64,000 bases of DNA from a virus. The DNA is taken from IMG/VR virus record IMGVR_UViG_3300028490_000005, positions 1 to 64,000 of that record; one strand, given 5' to 3'. Shown here piece after piece: positions 54,214-63,389 of the stretch. The translations under genes and the position numbers were made by a program. The first letter of the stretch is position 1; each line of letters begins with the position of its first letter. A model generated the notes under the pieces. The model had not been told where the DNA came from, made no database searches, and worked only from the letters and a program-made list of their open reading frames with translations.

Positions 54214-54538
54214 AAATTAACAAATTATGTATTAACGTTCACGGACAACAAAGGCAATTCAGTATTATGTAAAAACGACGGGTCATCAGTCGACATTTCT
54301 GAAAAGCCATTCTACAAATCAAGAGACAACGCCGAAAAGGCTATTTCTAAAATCAATAACACTTTAAAAACATTACAAGAGAAAAGACTATTCTGGTACG
54401 AAAAAGTTCAGAATGCTGGACTATACTCTCAAGATGATTCCCAAAGAAATCTTATAGTGGACAGCTATGAGAACGGTGAATTGATTTTAGCAAACGGACT
54501 TGAAATTAAAGAAGTTATTATTGAAATTAATCTTTAAA

Positions 54539-54599
54539 TTAAGCAAGGTTTAAGCTAACTTACGGTATAATACAATATAAAATATAAAGGTTCAAAATG
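54539..54599 (+). promoter_or_regulatory. Early promoter cassette
   Basis: TTAAGCAAGGTTTAAGCTAACTTACGGTATAAT. Confidence 0.85.
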
Positions 54600-55196
54600 A
54601 CAAAAGAAATTGAAGTAGGAAGTGAAGTTCAGATATTGGACATGGATCCATGTCTAAGAAACGACGGTGACTATGAAGTTGGTCAAATTTGTTTAGTGAA
54701 GGATATCACTGAAGTTTATGGTAGAGCTAAAAAATACACAGTTTGGACAGAAGATCGTTCAGGGTATTGGTTCTTCGTAGAGCCACAGTTAAAGTTGGTG
54801 TCGTAATGCCTAAAATTATCACGAACGAAACTAGAGAAATCATCTATGGTTATTCTACATATGGTGCCGATGGGTCACCAATGTCAGTTGGGGACGGGTC
54901 ATTTCAAATTCATGGACAATATGAAGTAGGTGAATTAGTGAAAGCCGTGAGAGAAGCTATTGTTGAGTCGATTAACAACCCTAATATTACGTCAAAAAAC
55001 ATCATCCTCACATTCATGTTTGAAAATATAGTTTATAAGGAAGTTGACAATGGATAATTTAGGACAAGCTATGGTTGGAGCCATACTAGGAATTGCAGTT
55101 GCAGTTGGATTGATAGGATTGGTCATAGGAACCATCGTCGGTGCTCTGATAGGGTCATAAACTCTTTCATTGAGAAATAAATTATAAAGGTTTAAA

Positions 55197-55814
55197 ATGA
55201 AATATAATGTCGGGAACAGAGTTCATATAAAGAAAGATTATCATGACATCACTGTATCTAAAGATAGTATTAGAGTAATAAGTTCTAGAGTAGGATTGAA
55301 CTATGATCTTACTGATGCTAAATTAGAAGAAACTTATGAAATTTCACGCATTGATGATGATGGTGATTTGTGGATATATTCAATTAATGAAAGTGAAGAC
55401 TCTTCATTTGCAGTACATGTAGAAGTAGTTACTATCATCGAAGCTTTTAATTTGAAAAACTCACGTCACATATATAATAGAAATGATATGGATGATATCG
55501 GTATGGCAGTTTCAAGCTTTATCTATGAGCACGAGTTACCGTCATATTCGTACCCAGAAGTGTATGCGTACTTCGTTGAAAGAATAGACGGAATAGACGT
55601 GGCACGGTACGGTCACTCAGAAAGATTCCTAGTCAATGGAGAACCTCTGAAAGAATGGGACACACTAGCTGATCAAATCAGACACATGCATAAAACTTTT
55701 AAATTATTTTTTCAACGAAAGAACAAAGAGGTTTCGGTGATTAGAAATGAGATAATCGAACTTCAAATGAAATTGGAAAACGCTATAAGAAAATCAAAGA
55801 AGGTAATTGAATAA
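55197..55814 (+). CDS. Hypothetical protein, tandem paralogue A
   Basis: Shares V.I.KDY, D.DGD.WI, NLKN..IY..M.D, ELP.Y.YPE.Y.YFV, LFFQRKN with the next gene. Confidence 0.75.
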   Translation: MKYNVGNRVHIKKDYHDITVSKDSIRVISSRVGLNYDLTDAKLEETYEISRIDDDGDLWIYSINESEDSSFAVHVEVVTIIEAFNLKNSRHIYNRNDMDDIGMAVSSFIYEHELPSYSYPEVYAYFVERIDGIDVARYGHSERFLVNGEPLKEWDTLADQIRHMHKTFKLFFQRKNKEVSVIRNEIIELQMKLENAIRKSKKVIE

Positions 55815-56458
55815 TGAAGTCAAGAAGAATTAGAGAAGATGATGTCGTTACTATATCAAAGGATTATGAAGAGTTGACTAGGGAGGTAGATTCACGAAGA
55901 CAAGTTAATGATCAACCATTATGTGGTGTGAGTGAAAGATTAATGGTTTATTTAAAGAGTCGGAAAGATCCGCATGAACAATTCATAGTTAAAAGATTGG
56001 ATGGTGATGGTGACGTATGGATCCGCACTTCGGGTGATAGCTCATTTGTAGTGTATCCCGAAGTCCTGACATTAGTGACGGAAGCTCCAGTAGAATCAGA
56101 TATTGCAGATATCGATGAATGTTATTCAAGTGATTTCAATTTAGATTTGAAAAACACTTCAAAAATATATTCACAAGATGAAATGGGTGATGAGAGGGAT
56201 GCTATAGTAGACTTTATCACACAAAATGAACTTCCGATATATGCGTACCCAGAAGCTTATGAATATTTTGTGACAAGAGGTAATGTATATGATAGTAATG
56301 ACAATGAGCTTATTTCGGAAATAATCAACATGAAAGAGCAAGAAACTCTGTTCTTCCAGAGAAAGAACATTGGTGTTCGTAGAGCAAAGAACCTATTTGA
56401 AAAGGCTAAAAATGACTTACGAATAGAAATTGATAAATCAAGAAAGGTGTTAATTTAA
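55814..56458 (+). CDS. Hypothetical protein, tandem paralogue B
   Basis: See paralogue A. Confidence 0.75.
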   Translation: MKSRRIREDDVVTISKDYEELTREVDSRRQVNDQPLCGVSERLMVYLKSRKDPHEQFIVKRLDGDGDVWIRTSGDSSFVVYPEVLTLVTEAPVESDIADIDECYSSDFNLDLKNTSKIYSQDEMGDERDAIVDFITQNELPIYAYPEAYEYFVTRGNVYDSNDNELISEIINMKEQETLFFQRKNIGVRRAKNLFEKAKNDLRIEIDKSRKVLI

Positions 56459-57144
56459 TGTTTAAATGTAAATATAAATTGAAAGATGAATCTAAGGCTG
56501 AATTGTATGAATTCATGATAGGTATGTTAATGTTCATGATCACTATGTTCGTGATATTTCTTGTGGGTTATTTCGGGGATAATTGGTTTGGGTTACTTAC
56601 GGCAGAACAAAATGACCACTTTGTATTCAGTGAATATTGGGATGCGGTGTTTGTGCATTTCTTGGCTGGTGTAGCTTTAATTGGTGGATTTCTCATATTT
56701 ATACTTTTCCTTAATGGGGTACTCATTGGGATCAGTGATTTAATTGAACACCTTAAAGATCAAGTGGAGTGTCGTGAAGATTACGAAGCCGTTAAAAAAC
56801 GTGAAGCTCGCGAAAATAGGGATAATTAATGATAAGAACATTAAGAAAATTCAGAAACAAATATTCTGAAAAGGTAGACGGGTTAATAGACACAGCTGAA
56901 CTAGCGTACAAGTACAAAATGGATTTCAAAGTCGATATGGGTTCTATTTTAAGTATGGAACATTATGTCGAACTCATTGGAAATTTAGATAAAGCTATTG
57001 AAGATGTGTATGATGAGGCAGATAGAGTCAGTGAGAACGGTGAAAACGGTGAAAAGAAGCGAAAGATTTCTAATATACATGATATAATTAAAATACAAGA
57101 AGCTCAATTAAATTCTTCAAAAGAAATTCTTAGAAATTTAACAA

Positions 57145-57206
57145 TTTAAGCAAGGTTTAAGCTACATTACGGTATAATAGTATATAAAATATAAAGGTTC
57201 TAAATG
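57145..57206 (+). promoter_or_regulatory. Early promoter cassette
   Basis: TTTAAGCAAGGTTTAAGCTACATTACGGTATAAT. Confidence 0.85.
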
Positions 57207-57374
57207 AAAACATTATTTATTTGTAATAATTGCGGTGACGAAGCCAACTCGGAACATTGTCAAGGTTGTGGGTCAACAGACACTACAGAACTAGACACTG
57301 AAGAAGTTACATTAGAACAACTAGATGACTTCTATTCAGAAGAAGATTTGGCATCATTTGAAGAGGAAAATTAA
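57204..57374 (+). CDS. 56-aa zinc-ribbon protein with acidic tail (not in ORF track)
   Basis: MKTLFICNNCGDEANSEHCQGCGSTDTTELDTEEVTLEQLDDFYSEEDLASFEEEN. Confidence 0.7.
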   Translation: MKTLFICNNCGDEANSEHCQGCGSTDTTELDTEEVTLEQLDDFYSEEDLASFEEEN

Positions 57375-57402
57375 TATGTGGGCAAGAAAAACAATAAGAT
57401 AG

Positions 57403-57435
57403 TTAAGCTTCTTTTAAGGAAGTTTACGCTATAAT
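57403..57435 (+). promoter_or_regulatory. Promoter of the tmRNA-like RNA
   Basis: TTAAGCTTCTTTTAAGG...GCTATAAT; -10 ends 8 nt before the acceptor stem; no RBS follows. Confidence 0.8.
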
Positions 57436-57443
57436 ATAGATAT

Positions 57444-57692
57444 GCTCCGACTGGTTTGGGGGAAGCATTTAGGCGAAAACCTAGAATAATTAAGGAAAAC
57501 GAGAAAAGTGTTCAGACGGGTTAGTTCCCTTTCTGTCCCCGATTCAAGTTATAATAGATAATTTACTGATTCCCACTGTGGTTTCAGATGAAATGAATCT
57601 GAAGATATGAACTATAAGCTTCAGATAATTTCGGGTTATTTATTGGAATCCTTGCAGTCCCTTTCGTGGTTCGATTCCTCGACGGAGCACCA
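57444..57692 (+). ncRNA. ssrA: Divergent, compact tmRNA-like RNA
   Basis: GCTCCG/CGGAGC acceptor stem + A-CCA; T-arm TCGTGG-TTCGATT-CCTCGA; GG in the D-like loop; internal 10-codon frame with its stop in a hairpin loop. Confidence 0.7.
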
Positions 57693-58325
57693 AAAATTAA
57701 AGGCTAGAAATGAACACTGAAAAACAATATACAATCTTATTTGGTAAGAATAATAACTCAGATAAAATCGAAGTTGGTAGCTTTTATCTTTACTTAACAA
57801 GATTCTTTGTTGAATGGGAAGAATTTCAAAATTGGGGAAGAGAAAGATTTCGCCAAAAGTATTTATCTGAAGGAACGAAACAAAATGAAGCTACTTCTTA
57901 TGAAGGGTTTAGACAACATACTACAGAAGACGATCTTTATTACTTCACTTTAGAAGAAGCAGAAAGAATTTTGAAGAAACTTCGAAAGAAGGCGTTCAAA
58001 ATTAACAAAACACGAAGAGAAGCATTTCGCGATTATAAATATGGTAAAGCTAGAGCGAACGAATTATATGCATATGGTAAAGAGCCGTTCATTGTTAAGA
58101 AAACTAAAATTAAACAATACTTAAAGAAAGGTTAATGTGGAAAAGAAATATTTTGAAAGAAAAGATGGTAAGATTTTCAAACTCGTTTCAATGAAAGTTT
58201 ATGAAAAAGGTTCTGGTTTGGAGAAATGGCAAACTGTTGCTTGGCATGAATCAAATGAAATAGGTTGTTCAACAAACTTCTACAAGGAACTATGTATAAC
58301 TGAATGTGAATATATTTGTAAAGCA

Positions 58326-58388
58326 TTTAAGCAAGGTTTAAGCGAACTTACGGTATAATACAGTATAAAGTTTGAAAGGCTTAAAATG
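58326..58388 (+). promoter_or_regulatory. Early promoter cassette
   Basis: TTTAAGCAAGGTTTAAGCGAACTTACGGTATAAT...AAAGTTTGAAAGGCTTAAAATG. Confidence 0.85.
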
Positions 58389-59102
58389 AAACGCAAGATT
58401 ATAACAGCGACATTAATGCTCGGAGTTTCACTATCTCTCTTAAGTGCTAACGTATGCCAAGAGACTGAGGTTCACGTTGGTTCAATAAAACAAATGGACC
58501 TCCTTATAGAGAAGTGTGAGAAGTTAGAAAGTGTTTCTAAAACAGTAGATTTAAATGTATCAACTGCTAGTGCTTCACAATTAGAAAATATATTAGTTGT
58601 GAGTAAATTGGTAAGCGTTTATCCTAATGAGCCAGAAGCTAAAACTCAGATCATAAAGTCCGTCTTGAAGTATTCAGAGGAATATGATATTGACCCACTT
58701 ACATTGACAGCGTTGATTGCTAAAGAGTCTAGTATGAATAAGGGTGCAAAACACGGTTCAGTATTTGTAAAAATTCCTACTGCCCCTCATTGGACTAAGA
58801 TTAAATCAGCTAGAGTAACAGCCGTTGGTATGGGTGGCGTCATATTTGAAATTTGGAAGTATGAGCTTGCCGAAATAGGGATTACAAGTAGAGAAGAACT
58901 ATTCGGTATCGAAACAAATATTAAGGCATCAGCATTTATCCTCAGTATCTATACACATGAACGTAAACAACTCAAACATACAGATTCAAGAGAACAGTCA
59001 GCCTTACTTAGATATTACGGTGTAACAAGAAACAAATGGGGTGTGCCAAACAAAACGTATAGCACACAAGTATATAAAATTAAAAATTCAATTGAAGGGT
59101 AG
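58386..59102 (+). CDS. Secreted lytic transglycosylase (SLT domain)
   Basis: Signal peptide; IDPLTLTALIAKESS, NIKASAFIL, ALLRYYG. Confidence 0.75.
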   Translation: MKRKIITATLMLGVSLSLLSANVCQETEVHVGSIKQMDLLIEKCEKLESVSKTVDLNVSTASASQLENILVVSKLVSVYPNEPEAKTQIIKSVLKYSEEYDIDPLTLTALIAKESSMNKGAKHGSVFVKIPTAPHWTKIKSARVTAVGMGGVIFEIWKYELAEIGITSREELFGIETNIKASAFILSIYTHERKQLKHTDSREQSALLRYYGVTRNKWGVPNKTYSTQVYKIKNSIEG

Positions 59103-60507
59103 ACATGAGCGTATTAGACATATTTAACTATTTGAGATTAGAGAGTATTGGGTTGTGGTTTGAAAACTTACTATTGAATCATTTTGGTATGTTATTTTTA
59201 GTGATTTCAGTTATAGCGTTATTCATCGTAATAGTGCTAGAAACCAGTCCTCGTGATATATTCACAAACGGTGGTTGGGTAATTGATTATACTGAAATTC
59301 AGAGTAAGAGTTTAAGACCTGAGGCAATTTTGGCAACTGTTGGAAGAACTATATCTCTGACGTTTGTATTATTGGTGGTATTCGGATTATTGGTGGTATT
59401 CACGGAATTCATTTTCTTATTACTTGGTGCATTGACATTTTTGGCAACAATTTACGGTGTACTGTACGGTTTGAAGAAAGTTTCAATCTCAATACAAAAT
59501 AAACGTTTAGAAAACAAGAAGGAAAAAGATGAAAGATAAAATTTTATACGGTCTATTAATGGTAGGAATATTGGTAGTTTGGTTATGGGGAATGTCAGTG
59601 GTTTCTTGGAGGGTATTTTAATGAATAGAGTACTCATCATGTCTGAAATTTTAGGAGTTGAGGTTGAATCTATTTCAGATACCTTAAGCCCATCAGTGCC
59701 ATTTATTAATGACGGGTTTTCTTATAACCTATTGGGTGATGAAAACCATGTTCATCATGTCGTAAATCCAGATAGTTTCTATGATTTAGTTTCTGAATAT
59801 ATGATTAAAAATAAAGTCGATATTCATTTAGTAAATGCTCACAGCATTTTAATTTATAAAGAATATGCTGGTGTATTAAATCCAGAAACGTGTGATTTAG
59901 AAGTATATTTTGAAACTAGGGACAAGAAGATAGATGCTTTATTTAAAGCATCTGAATTTGTAATTCAAATAGGAAAAGAAAATGAATAGAACGGTCGCAG
60001 CAGAACTCAAGCACTTAGAGATGCTTCAGAAAGAGCAAGATAAGATAGTTTCATTAATGGTGTCTGATATTAATGAGCGTGACGAAATTCTTCATAAAGA
60101 ACGCCTTCAGTCTCAAAAGATTAGTAAACAAATTAGAGATCTTAAAAATATGAATAAAGAGGTTATTGTTAGTGAACATGCTACTCTAAGATACATCACA
60201 AGAGTAATGGGAATTGACGTAGAAAAATTACGAACGAAAATCCTACCAAACGGGACAACTGGTATTATCGATGGTAAGTATCCAATCGGTGATGGGTTTG
60301 TATCAGTCGTAAAGAACAACGTTGTTGTTACAGTTGAATAGGGGATAATATGAACTTATATGTAGTTACAGTAATAGTGATAATCACTTTAGGATTTCTT
60401 TATGTGTTTAGAGACATAAAGAAAAGAGTACAAAATGGCGAAAGCTATGAGATAGATTCAGATGTTGCTAACTCTGGTGGCTTCTAAAATAACATACTCC
60501 TAACACA

Positions 60508-60514
60508 TTAAATA
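60508..60514 (+). promoter_or_regulatory. Putative late promoter
   Basis: TTAAATA before the structural genes. Confidence 0.5.
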
Positions 60515-60545
60515 CTTTAAATATTAAAATTTAAAGGAATGTTAT

Positions 60546-61370
60546 ATGGCATTAGGAATAAAATTCAGAGGAAACTTGAAACAAAATTTAAGTCCTCACC
60601 ATGAAGGAGAAATACTTCATGCAGCAGATACAAATGAATGGGGTCTTGTTTTCTCGAACAATGGTGCCCTTGACATTATCTGGCGTCAAAACGAGAGTAC
60701 TCAACACATATTTTCAGGTGACGATACTCCAAATCTAGATGTTGGTCAAAATTATGATTACTACATCGACAATACATCAAACATATTATATAGAAAAAAT
60801 GGGCATTGGGCACAAGTTGAATATCCAGCAGGACTAGCTTTCTTTACTAAATTCTTACCAATCCCAGGAATTGCAGATTACACTAAAACTCTCAGAACAG
60901 ACGGGTCAGTCTTAATAGACGGCGTCACAACTCTCCCAAATGAAGTTTCAACATATGAATACCTATTGAGTAGATCTACTATATCATCTGATGGCGATAG
61001 AAAGTTTCTTGATAATATGGTTACTGATAAATTCGGTGCCATTTTCAGGAATGCGAATGTTGTTCCCGCAGTTGAAAGAAGCGTTGAATGGGAAGAATAT
61101 GTTGGTAGTAGAAGTGGTATGGGTGGTTTAGAAATTGTAGTTAAGAATTCTGATGATGCTACAGTTTTCCATAATGACCAATGGTTAAGGAAAGAATTGA
61201 AGTTTGACATTTTAGTAACTACACCAGAAAGACCAAAGTTAAAAGGGGTACAAGGTGGAGAGATTGACATCATAGATAATTGTGATGGAACATATTCACT
61301 ACAAAGCAGTGATGATATCACCCACTTTCAAATAGTCGGTGCAGATTATATATATCAAGAAAGTCAATAA
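60546..61370 (+). CDS. Tail fibre-like structural protein
   Basis: I.FRG...GEI....DTNE N-terminus; G.D.P...G...DYYID.....LY.K..G.W fibre motif. Confidence 0.55.
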   Translation: MALGIKFRGNLKQNLSPHHEGEILHAADTNEWGLVFSNNGALDIIWRQNESTQHIFSGDDTPNLDVGQNYDYYIDNTSNILYRKNGHWAQVEYPAGLAFFTKFLPIPGIADYTKTLRTDGSVLIDGVTTLPNEVSTYEYLLSRSTISSDGDRKFLDNMVTDKFGAIFRNANVVPAVERSVEWEEYVGSRSGMGGLEIVVKNSDDATVFHNDQWLRKELKFDILVTTPERPKLKGVQGGEIDIIDNCDGTYSLQSSDDITHFQIVGADYIYQESQ

Positions 61371-61429
61371 GATGTACTTTAATTACTCAGATTACAATAA
61401 TAATTTATTAAGATTAAAAGGAGAATAAT

Positions 61430-62272
61430 ATGGCAGCAATAGCACCAAACGACTGGTTCTTATATGGAGACCACTCACCAATTACAAAAATAGAAATTAA
61501 AAAAATGAAAACGGTAAATAATCTATATGATTCTTTTAGAGGGTTGGATAGATTATCTGAGTTTATTTGTGACTTCGATCAAATGGAAAATGTGGTTGTA
61601 CTTGATCACACTTGGCATCTTTGTCTTAATTTAGATTCAATACCATTAATAGATACATCGAAAGTAATAAACTTCAATAATGCATTCTTTGGTTGTCGAT
61701 CATTGACTTCATTTCCTTTAATAGATACATCGAAAGTGACTCACATGGGGGCAGCATGGAACTATTGTGACTCATTAACTTCATTCCCTTTAATAGATAC
61801 ATCAGAAGTAATAAGAATGGGTAGTACTTGGTCTAATTGCCGATCATTGACTTCATTCCCTTTAATAGATACATCGAAAGTAACTTTTATGACAGCAACA
61901 TGGAACTATTGTGACTCATTAACTTCATTCCCTTTAATAGATACATCAGAAGTAACATCCATAGATATCGCTTGGGCTAATTGTCAATCATTGACTTCAT
62001 TTCCTTTAATAGATACATCGAAAGTGATAACAATGGGTAGCACTTGGTCGAATTGTAAAAAAATAACTTCATTTCCTTTAATAGATACATCGAAAGTTGA
62101 GGCATTCGGATACACTTGGGCTAATTGTGACTTATTGACTTCATTTCCAACACTTGATGTGTCAAGTGGTACAAATTTTTATGGTACTTGGTCATTCAAC
62201 ACTCCAGTGTGTCCGCGAGATGATGGTTCAATTACATTCCCAGTTGGTGCTGATGTCGGTTCGGCGTGTTAA
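61430..62272 (+). CDS. BspA/DUF285-like leucine-rich repeat protein
   Basis: Seven to eight 24-aa repeats SLTSFPLIDTS.V..M...W..C. Confidence 0.8.
   Translation: MAAIAPNDWFLYGDHSPITKIEIKKMKTVNNLYDSFRGLDRLSEFICDFDQMENVVVLDHTWHLCLNLDSIPLIDTSKVINFNNAFFGCRSLTSFPLIDTSKVTHMGAAWNYCDSLTSFPLIDTSEVIRMGSTWSNCRSLTSFPLIDTSKVTFMTATWNYCDSLTSFPLIDTSEVTSIDIAWANCQSLTSFPLIDTSKVITMGSTWSNCKKITSFPLIDTSKVEAFGYTWANCDLLTSFPTLDVSSGTNFYGTWSFNTPVCPRDDGSITFPVGADVGSAC
61620..62190 (+). repeat. 72-bp tandem repeat array
   Basis: TTAATAGATACATC recurs at 61646, 61718, 61790, 61862, 61934, 62006, 62078. Confidence 0.9.
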
Positions 62273-62288
62273 ATGAAAAGGAGATAAT

Positions 62289-63371
62289 ATGATAGGAAAA
62301 ATAATTTTAAGAACGGGTGTAGAGCCCACAGATAGAGAAATTACATTCAAAAATGATAAGATTGCTACCAAAGAAAAGGGTATCACAACTTCTAGAGGGA
62401 TTTTCAACTGGACTACAGTAACTGGTGGTCCACTCGATACTGTACAAGGAATAATAGACGATTTGAATACATCTGATCTAACTAATGTTTTATTATACAA
62501 TAGTTTCAAAGATAAAAAATTCAATAGATATTTTAGAATTAACGGTACATTTGTAAAATTCCCTAGTGGATTAAATGAAACAAATGCACTAGCTACATAT
62601 GTAGCAAAGGTTGACTCATCTATATATTTGAGAAAGGATCTTCAAAATGGTATATTAGAAAGCTATACTGCCACAGATCCTCAAGGAATAGTTGCGAAAA
62701 GACAAGCTGACCCACTATTTGTGAAGTCTACTGAGTTGTTGATGGATGATGATTTCGTTAATACTAAAGAATTTGAACCTCACGTTGTTGATGATGAAGC
62801 CATGTATGTTAGGTTGGATACAACCGAACCTACTGGAATGGGATTACTTTGGAATGACAAAGGTGAAATTAGAAGAACTCAAGAAGTTAAATTTGAGCTT
62901 GAGGTGACTACATTACAACCAGGAAAAGACGCTGATAGATACATACCAAAAATAAGAGCCCTTCAATCTTTCACACCAAAAGTGTATATAATCAGGAATT
63001 CAGTAATTTCATTTACGATACGTTCATATTCGAAGGTGGAAAAATTCAGACTAATTGGGGAAGGTATAACAACAGTTGAAGTGAAAAAGTTGGGTGTTGA
63101 TTCCCTCTCAAATTCGTTTAACGGTCTCCATGAGCTTACTGAATTCATTTGCCCGTTCGAAGCAACTGCGAACATTACTAATTTCTACAGTGCTTGGGAG
63201 GACTGTCCTAAACTTCACGAGAACACATTCCCGTCCATTGATGTTAGTTCTGCAAATCAACTTTCTCGAGCTTGGTTTGGAACATTCACTTCAATTAATT
63301 GTCCAGGAACTAACGGGATTGTCACGGTGCCAGCTGGTGCATATACACATGACATGTGTTCTCCAACATAA
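62289..63371 (+). CDS. Tail fibre-like protein with C-terminal short LRR/DUF285-like module
   Basis: LDTTEP...GLLWNDKG; SFNGLHELTEFIC, NITNFYSAW..C..L, FPSIDVSS, P.GA.T..MC like the preceding gene. Confidence 0.6.
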   Translation: MIGKIILRTGVEPTDREITFKNDKIATKEKGITTSRGIFNWTTVTGGPLDTVQGIIDDLNTSDLTNVLLYNSFKDKKFNRYFRINGTFVKFPSGLNETNALATYVAKVDSSIYLRKDLQNGILESYTATDPQGIVAKRQADPLFVKSTELLMDDDFVNTKEFEPHVVDDEAMYVRLDTTEPTGMGLLWNDKGEIRRTQEVKFELEVTTLQPGKDADRYIPKIRALQSFTPKVYIIRNSVISFTIRSYSKVEKFRLIGEGITTVEVKKLGVDSLSNSFNGLHELTEFICPFEATANITNFYSAWEDCPKLHENTFPSIDVSSANQLSRAWFGTFTSINCPGTNGIVTVPAGAYTHDMCSPT

Positions 63372-63389
63372 TAAATATAAGGAATATAA

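Noticed and set aside
57444-57692. Ordinary tRNA, or tRNA with a group I intron
   Set aside because: No D-stem or anticodon arm and no recognisable P7 core; the layout fits tmRNA better
4753-58388. TTAAGCAAGGTTTAAG repeats as a CRISPR array or integron attC sites
   Set aside because: Copies are dispersed with gene-sized irregular spacing, contain a -10 box and RBS, lack attC-type dyad symmetry, and no cas or integrase gene is visible
61430-62272. Diversity-generating retroelement target
   Set aside because: No reverse transcriptase or separate template repeat in the window; the variation looks like block mosaicism, not adenine-specific change
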